Assembly (NCBI GenBank): GCA_000388065.2
Contig: KB932205.1
Origin: Fonticula alba ATCC 38817
Lineage: Eukaryota > Protista > Nucleariida
Length of the DNA: 5,908 nt
Reading direction: 5' to 3' (one strand)
The notes under the pieces were generated by a model. It did not search any database. It saw nothing but the letters and a program-made list of their open reading frames with translations, and was not told the origin of the DNA. Position numbers and translations under genes: made by a program. Positions 5,196-5,908 of this stretch are shown in pieces. Every line of letters begins with the position of its first letter. Positions within the stretch are counted from its first letter, which is position 1.

Positions 5196-5908
5196 AATGA
5201 GGAATGCCCGCCCGGCTGCACCGCCTGCTCGTCCTCCACCTCCTGCGACACCTGCGATGTGGACTTCATCAAGAACCCCCACGACGCGGCGAACCCCTGC
5301 GTGGGCCAGTGTCCGCCCTCGCACCCGACCATCCTGATCGACGACCTGGGCGCGGAGGAGTGCGCGTCCGAGGAGATCCCCGCCTGCTCGCGCATGGTGT
5401 TCGAAAACTCCTCCTACACGTGCCTCGAGTGCAATCCCGGCTTCCTCATCTACGAGCTGGCCTGCGTGTCCTCCTGCCCGATGGGCTTCTTCGCCGACGG
5501 GGTCACCTGCTCTCCCTGCATGCAAGATTGCTCCACCTGCAGCAACTCCGCCAGCTGCGACTCCTGCTCTGGCAACCTCTTCCTCCATAATGGCACCTGC
5601 ACCCCCAACTGCCCGGCCGGCACCTACGAGGACGATATCGCCGGGGCCTGCACGGACTGCGAGACTGACTGTGCTGCCTGCACCAGTGCCACCGAGTGCA
5701 CCGCCTGCGAGGATGGCGCCTTCCTGGATGGCCATGCCTGTGTGCCCTCCTGCCCGGGGGGCACCTTCGGCGACATCACCAACAACACCTGCACCGTCTG
5801 CGACGACAACTGTGACGCCTGTACCAGCGCCACCGAGTGCACCGCCTGCGAGCCGGCCTTCTTCATGCACCAGAACCGCTGTGTGGCAGCCTGCCCGCCG
5901 GGCTTCTT
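5079..5908 (+). CDS. Gene B, 3'-partial: secreted or cell-surface protein with tandem furin-like Cys-rich repeats
   Basis: Frame 3 is open from GCC-ATG at 5079 to the window end (276 codons): MPEPGRRPPSRRPGFRKGLLLLALLAVLSLMVLLPAATANEECPPGCTACSSSTSCDTCDVDFIKNPHDAANPCVGQCPP...CSPCMQDCSTCSNSASCDSCSGNLFLHNGTCTPNCPAGTYEDDIAGACTDCETDCAACTSATECTACEDGAFLDGHACVPSCPGGTF...CVAACPPGF. The period is about 47 aa with 8 Cys (CxxC-x3-CxxC-x5-CxxC-x10-CxxxC), there are N-glycosylation sequons (NSS, NGT, NNT) and GC3 is very high. The start codon is somewhat uncertain because of the gap. Confidence 0.93.
   Translation, partial: MPEPGRRPPSRRPGFRKGLLLLALLAVLSLMVLLPAATANEECPPGCTACSSSTSCDTCDVDFIKNPHDAANPCVGQCPPSHPTILIDDLGAEECASEEIPACSRMVFENSSYTCLECNPGFLIYELACVSSCPMGFFADGVTCSPCMQDCSTCSNSASCDSCSGNLFLHNGTCTPNCPAGTYEDDIAGACTDCETDCAACTSATECTACEDGAFLDGHACVPSCPGGTFGDITNNTCTVCDDNCDACTSATECTACEPAFFMHQNRCVAACPPGF
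5676..5852 (+). repeat. Intragenic direct repeat, 36-nt blocks 141 nt apart (5676-5711 and 5817-5852)
   Basis: 34/36 identical, both encode ACTSATECTACE, and the two differences are synonymous. Confidence 0.9.

Noticed and set aside
4595-5200. ORF with a poly-Cys stretch
   Set aside because: The poly-Cys is the (TGC)n microsatellite read off-frame, the ORF crosses the gap, and the remainder is low complexity.
4740-5870. 376-aa minus-strand ORF (also 4622-5395, 5624-5866 and 5204-5590)
   Set aside because: Antisense or off-frame shadows of gene B's biased codons; the first two also run through the N gap.
5079-5908. Naming gene A or B as furin/PCSK5, EGFR/IGF1R, R-spondin or VSP
   Set aside because: Only the generic Cys-rich repeat is visible. 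There is no subtilase, L-domain, TSP1 or kinase domain, and no CRGKA tail.

Overview
Very GC-rich (roughly 70-75% by eye) eukaryotic genomic DNA with spliceosomal introns and a 71-N assembly gap (4920-4990). Two same-strand genes for furin-like (FU) cysteine-rich-repeat surface proteins bracket about 4.6 kb of apparently non-coding DNA. Gene A (3' end; 1-313 plus a likely terminal exon at 475-479) encodes the last FU repeats, one TM helix, RRRRKKK and a 23-aa tail with no kinase domain. Gene B (5079 to beyond the window end) was missed by the ORF track because it has no stop in the window; it encodes a signal peptide and about 5 FU repeats. The long Arg/Gly/Pro/Ala-rich ORFs in between look like GC artefacts. 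The composition and protein style recall, from memory only and unverified, GC-rich protists such as Fonticula alba with expanded Cys-rich receptor families. The most interesting points are a possible tandem family of variable surface receptors, intron-like elements continuing past gene A's stop codon together with a stranded tail-like ORF, and patchy nucleotide homogenisation between gene B repeats. No prokaryotic-type system, CRISPR array, RNA gene or mobile element is supported.
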